Source: Candidatus Tumulicola sp. (GTDB lineage Bacteria > Vulcanimicrobiota > Vulcanimicrobiia > Eremiobacterales > Eremiobacteraceae). From it: DNA of 64,000 bases. Each line of letters opens with the position of its first letter. Within the stretch, counting starts at the first letter, position 1. The notes beneath the pieces are model-generated. The model was given only the letters and a program-made list of their open reading frames with translations, was not told the DNA's origin and did no database searches. The translations under genes and the position numbers were made by a program. Location: the NCBI GenBank assembly GCA_035601835.1, contig DATNNM010000018.1, positions 133,890 through 197,889 of the forward strand, read 5' to 3'. This document shows positions 1 to 8,895 of this stretch, in pieces.

Positions 1-39
1 CGGCGGCGCCGGCCGACGCGGCGGCGGCTAGGGTCAACC

Positions 40-768
40 GTGACGAACGTAGGAAGAGCCGAAACGCCGGTCATCCGGGTCCGCGACCTCGTGAAGGTCT
101 ACCAGTTGGGATCGGAGCCGGTGGCTGCGCTCGACGGCGTGAGCGTGGACATCGCTTCGGGCGAGTTCGTCGCGGTCATGGGCCACTCGGGCTCGGGGAA
201 ATCCACGTTCATGAACCTGCTGGGATGCCTGGACAGCCCGACGTCCGGCACATATTGGTTCGAGGGCCGCGACGTCTCCGGGCTGCCGCCCGATGCGCTC
301 GCGGACATCCGTAGCCGGCATATCGGCTTTGTTTTCCAAGGTTTCAATCTGTTGTCGCGCACGTCGGCGCTGGAGAACGTTGAGCTGCCCTTGCTGTACT
401 CCGGCGCCCGTGCGGACGAGCGCGGCGAGCGAGCCGCTGCGGCGCTGCGGGCGGTCGGATTGGAGAACCGTTTCTCGCACGCTCCGAGTGAATTGTCCGG
501 CGGGCAGCAACAGCGCGTGGCCATCGCGCGCGCATTGGTCAACGAACCGTCGGTGATACTGGCGGACGAGCCGACCGGCAACCTCGACTCGCGCAGCAGC
601 CAGGAGATCTTGCAGATCTTCCGCGACTTGAACCACTCCAAAGGCATCACGATCGTGCTCGTCACGCACGAAGCCGACGTGGCGGCATGGGCCGATCGCA
701 TCATCGTCTTCAGCGACGGTAAGATCATCGAAGACCGCCAGGCTCGCTCCGCGGATATCGCGTCGTGA
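40..768 (+). CDS. ABC transporter ATP-binding subunit (MacB/LolD-like)
   Basis: GTG start at 40. Walker [13 protein letters not shown] signature LSGGQQQRV, Walker [12 protein letters not shown] overlap with the next gene. Confidence 0.9.
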   Translation: MTNVGRAETPVIRVRDLVKVYQLGSEPVAALDGVSVDIASGEFVAVMGHSGSGKSTFMNLLGCLDSPTSGTYWFEGRDVSGLPPDALADIRSRHIGFVFQGFNLLSRTSALENVELPLLYSGARADERGERAAAALRAVGLENRFSHAPSELSGGQQQRVAIARALVNEPSVILADEPTGNLDSRSSQEILQIFRDLNHSKGITIVLVTHEADVAAWADRIIVFSDGKIIEDRQARSADIAS

Positions 769-1982
769 ATTTCGCGAGTTTGGCGATCGTCGCGTGGCAG
801 GCGCTTCATCGCAACGCGATGCGCTCGTTCCTCACCATGCTCGGCGTCATCATCGGCGTCGCCGCCGTGATCACGTCCATGGCCATCGGTGCAGGCGCTC
901 GCGCAGCCGTGCAGCAGCAGCTCGCGCGCATCGGCAGCAATCTCATCATCGTCGAGTCGGGAAGCGTCACGACCGGCGGCGTGCGTCTTGGGGCCGGACA
1001 GCAGCAGTCGCTCAAGGCCGCGGATGCCGATGCCATCGCCCAAGTCATCCCAGAAGTCAGCGCGGTGGCCCCGCAATCGCAGACCTCGGGCCAGGCTGTG
1101 GCCGGCAACCAGAATTGGTATACCTCAGTGATCGGCTCGACGCCCGCGTGGACGACGACCAGCAACTGGACCATGGCGCAGGGCCGCTTCTTCGATCAGT
1201 CGGACCTGAACCAAACGGCGAAGGTGGCCGTGCTTGGCCAGACCGTGGCCAACAATCTGTTTCCGAACGGCCATGCTCTCGGCAGCATCGTCATCGTCAA
1301 GAACGTGCCGTTCACGGTCATCGGCGTGCTGCAATCAAAGGGCCAGAGCGGTTTTGGCCGGGACCAGGACGATCAGATCGTGGTGCCGCTGACGTCGTTC
1401 CAGTTGCGGCTCACCGGCAACAACTGGGTCAGCGAGATCATGATCTCCGCGAATAGTCCGGATGCGGTGGCGTCCATCATCACCTCGACGCAGCGCTTGC
1501 TGCGCTTGCGCCATCGCTTGGCTTCTTCTCAGGCCGACGATTTTCAGGTGCGCAATATCTCCAACATCCAACAGGCCGCCACCGCGACCGCGGGCATTCA
1601 GTCATTATTGTTGGCGATCGTGGCGACCGTGTCGCTGGTGGTCGGCGGCATCGGCATCATGAACATCATGCTCGTGTCGGTCACGGAGCGCACGCGCGAG
1701 ATCGGCATTCGCATGGCAGTGGGCGCGAAGCAGCGTGATATCATGTGGCAGTTCCTGGTGGAGGCGGTGACGTTGGCATGCGCCGGCGGCATCATCGGCA
1801 TCCTCACAGGGCTTGCCGTCTCAGGACTGACGTCGCATTTTGCGGGCTGGTCACTGCTCATCCCGCCGATGGCTATCGTGCTGGCGTTCGGATTCTCCGC
1901 GCTGATCGGCATCTCGTTCGGCTTCTATCCCGCGCGCCGAGCCGCGTTGCTCAACCCGATCGAAGCCCTCCGCCACGAATAG
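765..1982 (+). CDS. ABC transporter permease, MacB/FtsX-like
   Basis: 405-aa ORF coupled to the ATPase. It has an N-terminal TM segment, a large soluble middle region and a C-terminal hydrophobic bundle, as in MacB-type permeases. Confidence 0.85.
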   Translation: MNFASLAIVAWQALHRNAMRSFLTMLGVIIGVAAVITSMAIGAGARAAVQQQLARIGSNLIIVESGSVTTGGVRLGAGQQQSLKAADADAIAQVIPEVSAVAPQSQTSGQAVAGNQNWYTSVIGSTPAWTTTSNWTMAQGRFFDQSDLNQTAKVAVLGQTVANNLFPNGHALGSIVIVKNVPFTVIGVLQSKGQSGFGRDQDDQIVVPLTSFQLRLTGNNWVSEIMISANSPDAVASIITSTQRLLRLRHRLASSQADDFQVRNISNIQQAATATAGIQSLLLAIVATVSLVVGGIGIMNIMLVSVTERTREIGIRMAVGAKQRDIMWQFLVEAVTLACAGGIIGILTGLAVSGLTSHFAGWSLLIPPMAIVLAFGFSALIGISFGFYPARRAALLNPIEALRHE

Positions 1983-1994
1983 AACCAACCCCGA

Positions 1995-2194
1995 GTGTAG
2001 TGCCGGGGCTTTAGCCCCGGTAATTGGAGCATTGCTGTGGAGCAGGACCTTTAGGTCCTGCTGACTCCCCGTGTAGTATCGGACCTTTAGGTCCGGTGCC
2101 CGGCGGCGGGATCTAAAGATCCCGCTCCACTCCTTTTTCGGGATCTAAAGATCCCGCTCCACACCTTCCCCGGGGCTAAAGCCCCGGCACTACA
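1995..2194. repeat. REP/BIME-like cluster: six GT(A/G)G-headed hairpin units, three forward and three inverted
   Basis: Forward units: GTGTAG-TGCCGGGGC-TTTA-GCCCCGG, GTGGAG-CAGGACC-TTTA-GGTCCTG, GTGTAG-TATCGGACC-TTTA-GGTCCGGTG. The mirror-orientation units end in CTCCAC, CTCCACAC and CACTACA. The cluster lies between convergent genes. Confidence 0.7.
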
Positions 2195-2204
2195 TAGACT
2201 TCCG

Positions 2205-3221
2205 TCAGTGCACCGCGATGCCGCCCACGCAACCGGAAGTCGTGATATTGGCATCGACGAACTTGACCGGCGCGAGCGTGGAAGTGAACGCTTGCGTTGC
2301 GGTCGGCCATTCATACACTCCGAAACCCCCAACCCCGCCGCAGTCGCCGTCGTAAAGATTGCCGGCGCCGTCGAAGGTGAGTTGCGACGGGAAAGCGCTT
2401 GCGCCCATCCCGGTGCCGTCGGTCACATCCGGCGTTGCACCGGAGGTCGGACCGGCGATTGCCGCAGCGACGGTCGCAGCGTTCCATCGCACGATGCCGA
2501 TATTCTCACTGCCGGCGTAAAGGTTCCCCGCGGCGTCGACCGCTATGCCCTCGGGGCGTATCGCTCCATCGAGGGTCACGCGAGAAAGCTGTCCGTTCGT
2601 GAAACCGGAGCCTTTGAGAAAGATCGTGATCGCTGCGGTACCGATGGAAACGCCTTCGTTGGCGACGTAGAGGTTGCCGGCGGCATCGAATGCGGCGCCC
2701 TCCGGAAAATTGAGGTTATTGGTCAGCGTGATGGCCGGTGTGATGTTCGCATTTCCGGTGAAGGGCCCGACATACTCCTGCATCTTGTTGCCGCTGTTGC
2801 CGCAGATCCACATGTTACCGGACGCATCGAACGAGATCCCAAACGCGCCGGTAATGCCGGTGAGCGTCAGGATGAACGCGGCCGAGCTCGTGGACGTGAC
2901 CGGCGGATTGAAGGCGGACACGGTGTTGGGCGGCGCACCCGCGTTGAAGTTCACAGCGAAAAGCCGCCCCGCGGAATCGGTGGCCACGTTATAGGCTTCC
3001 GACAGCCCGGTCCCCGACGAGTTCGACAAGATAGCGAATGGGACATTGCTGCCGGTGACGGGCGCGGTGATAGCTTCGAGAGCCGGCGGCGATGGTGAGC
3101 CGCCAAAGTAGACCGTGTAGTAGACCACGTGCGGAGGCAGGCCGAAGGTGGTCGAACCCGTGTTGCAGCCTACCACGCCGACCACCACAGCCGCGATTGC
3201 AAAACCGACGAGACCCTTCAT
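2205..3221 (-). CDS. NHL-repeat / beta-propeller lipoprotein
   Basis: Signal peptide plus Cys (VVGVVGCNTGS). Repeated AGNLYV/AGNLYA/AGNLYD and SGNMWI blocks are typical of NHL repeats. Confidence 0.7.
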   Translation of the reverse strand: MKGLVGFAIAAVVVGVVGCNTGSTTFGLPPHVVYYTVYFGGSPSPPALEAITAPVTGSNVPFAILSNSSGTGLSEAYNVATDSAGRLFAVNFNAGAPPNTVSAFNPPVTSTSSAAFILTLTGITGAFGISFDASGNMWICGNSGNKMQEYVGPFTGNANITPAITLTNNLNFPEGAAFDAAGNLYVANEGVSIGTAAITIFLKGSGFTNGQLSRVTLDGAIRPEGIAVDAAGNLYAGSENIGIVRWNAATVAAAIAGPTSGATPDVTDGTGMGASAFPSQLTFDGAGNLYDGDCGGVGGFGVYEWPTATQAFTSTLAPVKFVDANITTSGCVGGIAVH

Positions 3222-3334
3222 TTCAGGCTCCTTGCGGGCTTATGGAAAACTCTGTGCCCCAGGCTTTCGCATTTCCCGAGAGCACGCGCATCGCCCTGGC
3301 GTTCGCTGGTCACACGAATCTCAGGAAGGTTGAA

Positions 3335-3364
3335 TTGACACCGGGCCGAAGCTCGCGCTAGAAT
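3335..3364 (+). promoter_or_regulatory. Candidate sigma70-type promoter of the formate dehydrogenase operon
   Basis: TTGACA (3335..3340), an 18-nt spacer, then TAGAAT (3359..3364). The -10 element ends 47 nt upstream of the fdnG GTG. Confidence 0.35.
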
Positions 3365-3411
3365 TGCGCTAAGAATCTGCCGGGACGCGTGTCGGACGGG
3401 GGTGCACTGTC

Positions 3412-6400
3412 GTGCTCGAAGTCGGTCGGCGGGATTTCCTCAAATTAGCGGGCTTTGGCATCGGGACGGCCGGACTCACGGCGCTTGGTTTCGATAAGGC
3501 CAAAGCCGAAACGCTCAAGCAAAGCTTCCGCATCGAAGGGGCCACTGAGGCCCATTCCCTCTGCCCGTATTGCGCGGTGGGCTGCTCGCTCATCGCCTAC
3601 ACAAAGACCGGCGCCGACGGCAAGCGTCAGCTGCTCCAGATCGAAGGCGACCCGGACAGCCCGGTGAACGAGGGCCGGCTGTGTCCCAAAGGCGCCACCG
3701 CCATGCAATTGGCCGTGGCCGCCCGGCGCGTGGACACGCCCCAATACCGCGCCCCCGGCGCGACGGCATGGCAGGACATTTCGTGGGACGACCTGATGGA
3801 CAAACTCGCGCACCGCGTCAAGGCAGCGCGCGACGCCACTTTCGTGGCGGTAGACAAAAAGGGCAACACGGTCAACCGCACCGACGGCCTCGCCTTCGCC
3901 GGCGGCGCGGCCTTCTCGAGCGAAGAGGGCTACTACGCCACCAAAATGATGCGCGGCCTCGGGGTCGTGCATCTGGAGCAGCAGGCCAGGGTCTGACACG
4001 GTCCCACGGTGGCCAGTTTGGCCGCCTGCTTCGGTCGAGGCGCCATGACCAACCATTGGCGCGACATCAAGAACACCGATCTCATCCTGATCAACGGCGC
4101 GAACCCGGCTGAGGCGCACCCGGTCGGCTTCCAGTGGTTCATACGCGCCAAACTGGATCGCGGTGCGAAGATCATCCACGCCGATCCGCGTTTCACCCGC
4201 ACCTCCGCCCTCGCCGACATGTACGTGCGCATGCGCACGGGCACCGACGCCGCCTATTTCGGCGGGCTCATCAATTATGTGCTGAAGAACAAACTGTACC
4301 ACGAAGACTACGTGCGCAACTACACCAACGCGTCCTTCCTCATCAATAAGGACTTCGCGTTCACCGACGGCTTGTTCAGCGGTTACGATCCGGACAAGCG
4401 CCAGTACAAGTTCGACACCTGGACGTACCAATTGGACGCGGACAAATTCGCCCTGCGCGACATGACGTTGCAAGACCCGCAGTGCGTGCTGCAGTTGATG
4501 GCCAAGCACTTCTCGCGCTACACGCCGGAGATGGTATCGAGCATCACGGGCATCACCGTGCCGCAGTTCTTGGAAGTCGCCAAACTCGTCGGCGAGATGG
4601 GCAAGCCCGACAAGGTCATGACGATCGTGTATGCCGTCGGCCTCACCCACCATACCACGGGCGGCCAGTTGATCCGGTCGGGCGCGGTCTTGCAATTGCT
4701 GCTGGGCAACATCGGACGGCCGGGCGGCGGCATGAACGCCGAGCGCGGTCACGCCAACATCCAGGGCAACACCGACCACGCGATCTCTTGGGAGATATTG
4801 CCCGGCTACCTCAAGATCCCGGCCCCGGGTCAGACCGACGTCGACGACTATGTGGATAAGAGCGCTTCCAAGAAATTGCATCCCAACGCTTGGAACTTCT
4901 TTGGGACCAACTACAAGAAGTTCATGGTGTCGCTGCTCAAGGCATGGTACGGCGATGCGGCGACCGCCAAGAACGGCTTCGCGTTTGATTGGATCCCGAA
5001 GCCGGATGGCAACGCGTCGTGGATGGTCATCCATGACAAGGCGTTCCAGGGCAAGATGCACGGGCTCATCTTGTCGGGCATGACGGCCTCGAGCATCGGG
5101 CCGGACTCCAACCGCGTCATGCAAGGCTTGGGCAAACTGAAATGGCTTGCCGTCATGGACGCGTTCCCGACCACGAGTTCGGAGTTCTGGCACGCGCCGG
5201 GGGCGGACCCTGCAGCGATTCAGACCGAAGTCTTCATGATCCCGACGACGCACTGGATCGAGAAGGACGGCTCGTTCGTCAATAGCGGGCGCTGGTCGCA
5301 GTGGAAAGACCAGGTCATCGAGCCGCAAGGCCAGGCGCGCCACGACCATTGGATCCTTGCCGAGCTGTTCGATCGCGTCAAGAAGCTCTATCAAAAGGAA
5401 GGCGGCAAGTTCCCGGACCCGATCATGGCGCTCACGCACGCCTACAAAGATCCGCTCAAACCGGAACTCGACGAGATCGCGCGCGAGATCAACGGCAAGG
5501 ACCTGACCACCGGCAAGCAGATGGCGACGTTCGCCAAGTTGATGGACGATGGCACGACGACCGCCGGCGACTGGATATACGTCGGCAGTTACACCGACAA
5601 GGGCAACATGATGAAGCGCCGCAAAGGCGTACAGGACCCCGCTAAGAACGACCCGACCGGCATGGGCTTCTACGGCGAGTGGGCGTGGAGCTGGCCGCTC
5701 AACCGGCGCGTGCTCTACAACCGCGCGTCGGCCGATATGGCCGGCAAGCCGTGGGATCCCAAGCGTCCGGGCATCAAGTGGAACGGCGCCAAATGGGTCG
5801 GTGACGTGCCCGACTACCCGCCGAAGATGGACCCGGCGGACCCCAAGGCGTGGCTGCCCTTCATCATGACCGGCGAAGGCACCGGCCGGCTTTTCTCGGG
5901 CAGCTCGCTGCTCGACGGGCCGTTCCCCGAGCACTACGAGCCGATGGAATCGCCCGTGCTCAACCCGCTGCATCAAAAGCAGTCGGAATCGCCGGTCGCG
6001 TTCATCTATAAAGGCACGAAGAAGAGCTTCGGCAAGGTCGATGAGTTCCCGTACGTCGCGACGACGTACCGGCTGACCGAGCACGAGCATTACGTCACGC
6101 AAAACGTGCCGCTGCTCGTGGGTCTGCAGCCGGAAGCTTTCGTCGAGGTGCCCTCGGAACTCGCGAAAGAGAAGAACATCCAGAACGGCGATCGCGTGCG
6201 CGTGTGGTCGAAACGCGGAAAGATCGAGACGCTCGCGGTCGTGACCCCGCGGCTTGGCCCGCTCATGATCGCCGGCAAGAAAGTTTATCAGATCGGCATC
6301 CCGATCCACTGGGGCTTCGTCGGCATCAAGACGGGAGACCACTGGCTCGCCAACGCGTTGACGCCGTTCGTCGGTGAAGCGACGACGCGCACGCCCGAGT

Positions 6401-6438
6401 TCAAGGCCTTCCTCGTGAATATCGCGAGGCTCGGATGA
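3412..6438 (+). CDS. fdnG: Formate dehydrogenase alpha subunit, selenocysteine-containing (UGA at 3994..3996)
   Basis: ORFs 3412..3996 and 4009..6438 share one frame and are split only by TGA. The context QQARV-U-HGPTVASLAACFGRGAMTNHW matches the Sec site of FdnG/FdoG. Twin-arginine signal RRDFLK at the N-terminus. Confidence 0.9.
4008..4026 (+). promoter_or_regulatory. Candidate SECIS hairpin for fdnG UGA
   Basis: GGUGGCCA-GUU-UGGCCGCC: an 8-bp stem (one G-U pair) with a GUU loop, starting 12 nt after the UGA. Confidence 0.5.
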
Positions 6439-7223
6439 TACAACAAACCACGCAACTGAGCGATGGCCGGCGGCTGCGCAGTCAGGCGCTGCGCGAACGC
6501 TATCCGTTCGCGGCAGAAATGCTGACGCTCTACGAAGCGCTCCTCGACGCTCAGCTGAATTGTGGTATACCGGACTTCACCTCTGGCGCGACGGCTTCCG
6601 CGATCGCCGTGTACGCGGCCGAAGAAATGATGCCGCGCGTGGTGGAAGCCACAGCGGCCCATGGGCCTGCGCATCTCGCCGCGGCGGTGAGCGAGCGCTT
6701 CGCGCTTGGCGGACTGGTCGACATCACCGCGCGCTGGCTGACGGATGATGAGCTTTCACCGCTGGACCGCTACCTCGCCCGCGCGGCCACGCAACCCGTG
6801 CTCGAGGCGTTGGGCGGCGCGGCGTCGATCTGGCCGGAACAACCGGAAGACGAACGGCGCTGTCCTGTCTGCGGAGGTCTTCCGCAATTGGCCTACTTCG
6901 AGGTCTCCGGCGAAGCGCTCGTAACCGGACCTCGCCGTCTGCTGTGCGCGCGCTGCTCCAACGTCTGGACGGCGCAGCGCCTCACCTGCATTTCGTGCGG
7001 CGAACAGTCGTCTGAGCGTTTGCCCGTCTTCCGCGAAAAGGACAACTTCCCGCACGTCCGCGTCGACGGATGCGAGACGTGCAAGCGCTATGTGCTCACC
7101 ATCGATCTCTTAAAGGATATCCGAGCCGTCCCCGTCGTTGACGAACTCGCGGCGCTGCCGCTTGACCTCTACGCGCAGGAACGCGGCCTGACCAAAATCA
7201 TGCCGAACGTTCTGGGGAACTGA
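6435..7223 (+). CDS. fdhE: Formate dehydrogenase accessory protein FdhE
   Basis: Four CxxC pairs (CPVCGG, CARCSN, CISCGE, CETCKR) in an FdhE-like arrangement. 4-nt overlap with fdnG. Confidence 0.8.
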   Translation: MIQQTTQLSDGRRLRSQALRERYPFAAEMLTLYEALLDAQLNCGIPDFTSGATASAIAVYAAEEMMPRVVEATAAHGPAHLAAAVSERFALGGLVDITARWLTDDELSPLDRYLARAATQPVLEALGGAASIWPEQPEDERRCPVCGGLPQLAYFEVSGEALVTGPRRLLCARCSNVWTAQRLTCISCGEQSSERLPVFREKDNFPHVRVDGCETCKRYVLTIDLLKDIRAVPVVDELAALPLDLYAQERGLTKIMPNVLGN

Positions 7224-7225
7224 TC

Positions 7226-8014
7226 ATGGCAAAACAGGTCGGCTTCTTGACCGACGTCAGTCTTTGCATCGGCTGCAAGGCATGCGAGGTCGCATGCAAA
7301 GAGTGGAATCAGCTTGCCGGCAACGAGCCTGCCTTCAAGGAAGGGCTCGACAATACCGGAGACCTCGACGCCGAGAATTGGCGCCACGTCAAGTTCATCG
7401 AGCAAGAGACGCCGGAGAATCCCAACAAGCCGGTCATGCTGCACATGATGAGCGACGTGTGCAAGCATTGCGCGGATGCGCCGTGCCTCAACGTGTGCCC
7501 CACGAACGCGATCGTGCGCACGGAATTCGACACCGTCTACATCAAGCAGGACACGTGCAACGGATGCCGCGACTGCATCTCGGCGTGCCCGTACAGCGTC
7601 ATCGGCTTCAGCAAGGCGACCGGCACGGTGCACAAGTGCACGTTCTGCTACGACCGCCTGCAAGCGGATTTGAAACCCGCCTGCGCCACGGCGTGCCCGA
7701 CTCAATCCATCAAGTTCGGCGACTTGGCCGACATGCGCGCCGAAGGGGTGGCGCGAGCCGAGACTCTCAGAGCCCAGGGCCACGAAAAGGCGCAAGTCTA
7801 CGGCGACAAAGAGTACGGCGGCCTGCACTCCGTGTTCGTGCTGATGGACAAGCCCGAGGTCTACGGCTTGCCGAACGCCGCCAACGCGGTGACGTTGAAC
7901 AAAGGCAACAAGCCCGGCTACTTTGGGATGCTCGCCACGGCGGTGATCGGAGCGATCGTCGGGCTGGTCGCGCTGCGCAACAACGGCATGCGCAAGGACA
8001 AACAAGCCCAATGA
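7226..8014 (+). CDS. fdnH: Formate dehydrogenase iron-sulfur (beta) subunit with C-terminal TM anchor
   Basis: Multiple 4Fe-4S Cys clusters (CIGCKACEVAC, CKHCADAPC, CNGCRDCISAC, CTFC). C-terminal hydrophobic helix LATAVIGAIVGLVAL. Confidence 0.85.
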   Translation: MAKQVGFLTDVSLCIGCKACEVACKEWNQLAGNEPAFKEGLDNTGDLDAENWRHVKFIEQETPENPNKPVMLHMMSDVCKHCADAPCLNVCPTNAIVRTEFDTVYIKQDTCNGCRDCISACPYSVIGFSKATGTVHKCTFCYDRLQADLKPACATACPTQSIKFGDLADMRAEGVARAETLRAQGHEKAQVYGDKEYGGLHSVFVLMDKPEVYGLPNAANAVTLNKGNKPGYFGMLATAVIGAIVGLVALRNNGMRKDKQAQ

Positions 8015-8895
8015 TGCCCGAGCATTTCGTCCGGCCGCCCGATTGGGGCTGGTGGATCCTGCTCTACTTCTTCTTTGGCGGACTCAGCGGCGGATCGTAC
8101 ACGCTCGGGACGCTGCTGCGGCTGCGCGGATCGGCGCAAGACTCCGGCGTTGCGCGCACGGCGTTTATCGTCAGCTTTGTCACCCTGATCCTGTGCCCCA
8201 TCTTCCTGACCATTGATCTCGGCAGACCAGATCGCTTCTCGCACATGCTCTTCGGCGACAACGGCATCATGTTCAAAGCGTGGTCGCCGATGTCGGTGGG
8301 CGCGTGGGCTCTGCTCATCTTCGGCATCTTCTCGTTCTTCTCGTTCCTCGAATCGCTCGAGCAGGACGGCAAGCTGAAAACTCGCGTCTTCTCCGGATTG
8401 CTCGGCGGCGCGTTCGGCAAGCTGTTCATGCTCGTGGGCTCGGCTTTCGGCTTGTATATCGCAGGCTACACCGGCGTATTGCTCAGCGTCAGCAGCCAGC
8501 CTGTGTGGAGCGACACCTGGATGCTCGGCGCGCTGTTCATCGCTTCGGCGCTCTCGGGCGCCGCGGCCGCGATCGCGTTAGCGGCGCCCAAGCGCGCGGA
8601 CGCTGCCGCATCGGAAGACACGGTTCACCGGCTGGCCAGCGCCGACAGCGGCTTCATCGTCTTGGAATTGATCGTGCTGGCGTTGTTCCTCATCACGCTC
8701 GGCAGCGTGGCGGCACCGGTGATCGGCGGCGGCTACGGGATCCTGTTCTGGGTCGGGGCGGTGGCGCTCGGCATGCTCGTGCCGCTCATCGCGCACTGGT
8801 TCGCGCGCAGCACGTCGCCGGCTTTGATATTCTCACTCGTGCTGCTGGGCAACCTGGCCCTGCGCGCAGTCATCATCTTCGCCCCGCAAAGCTAG
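8011..8895 (+). CDS. NrfD/PsrC-type integral membrane subunit of the formate dehydrogenase complex
   Basis: ATG 8011 overlaps the fdnH stop (ATGA). Polytopic membrane protein starting WWILLYFFFGGLSGGSY, typical of the NrfD family. Only this 3' part of ORF 7264..8895 is taken as real. Confidence 0.75.
   Translation: MMPEHFVRPPDWGWWILLYFFFGGLSGGSYTLGTLLRLRGSAQDSGVARTAFIVSFVTLILCPIFLTIDLGRPDRFSHMLFGDNGIMFKAWSPMSVGAWALLIFGIFSFFSFLESLEQDGKLKTRVFSGLLGGAFGKLFMLVGSAFGLYIAGYTGVLLSVSSQPVWSDTWMLGALFIASALSGAAAAIALAAPKRADAAASEDTVHRLASADSGFIVLELIVLALFLITLGSVAAPVIGGGYGILFWVGAVALGMLVPLIAHWFARSTSPALIFSLVLLGNLALRAVIIFAPQS

Noticed and set aside
1-31. The end of an upstream ORF (TAG at 29..31), possibly the membrane-fusion partner of the MacB-type exporter.
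   Set aside because: Only about 10 codons are visible, which is too little to support any call.
1995-2194. A possible CRISPR array.
   Set aside because: The units are individually self-complementary hairpins in both orientations, with irregular short gaps and differing stem sequences. There are no spacers of uniform length and no cas genes. The architecture is REP/BIME.
3445-6342. 965-aa ORF on the minus strand.
   Set aside because: It lies fully antisense to fdnG, is Arg/Ala/Gly-rich with no motifs, and is a typical shadow ORF of high-GC DNA. The plus-strand product has unmistakable FdnG similarity.
7264-8010. 5' part of ORF 7264..8895 (543 aa).
   Set aside because: This part is an out-of-frame overlay of fdnH with Arg-rich nonsense sequence. 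Only the segment from ATG 8011 (NrfD-like, hydrophobic) is credible.
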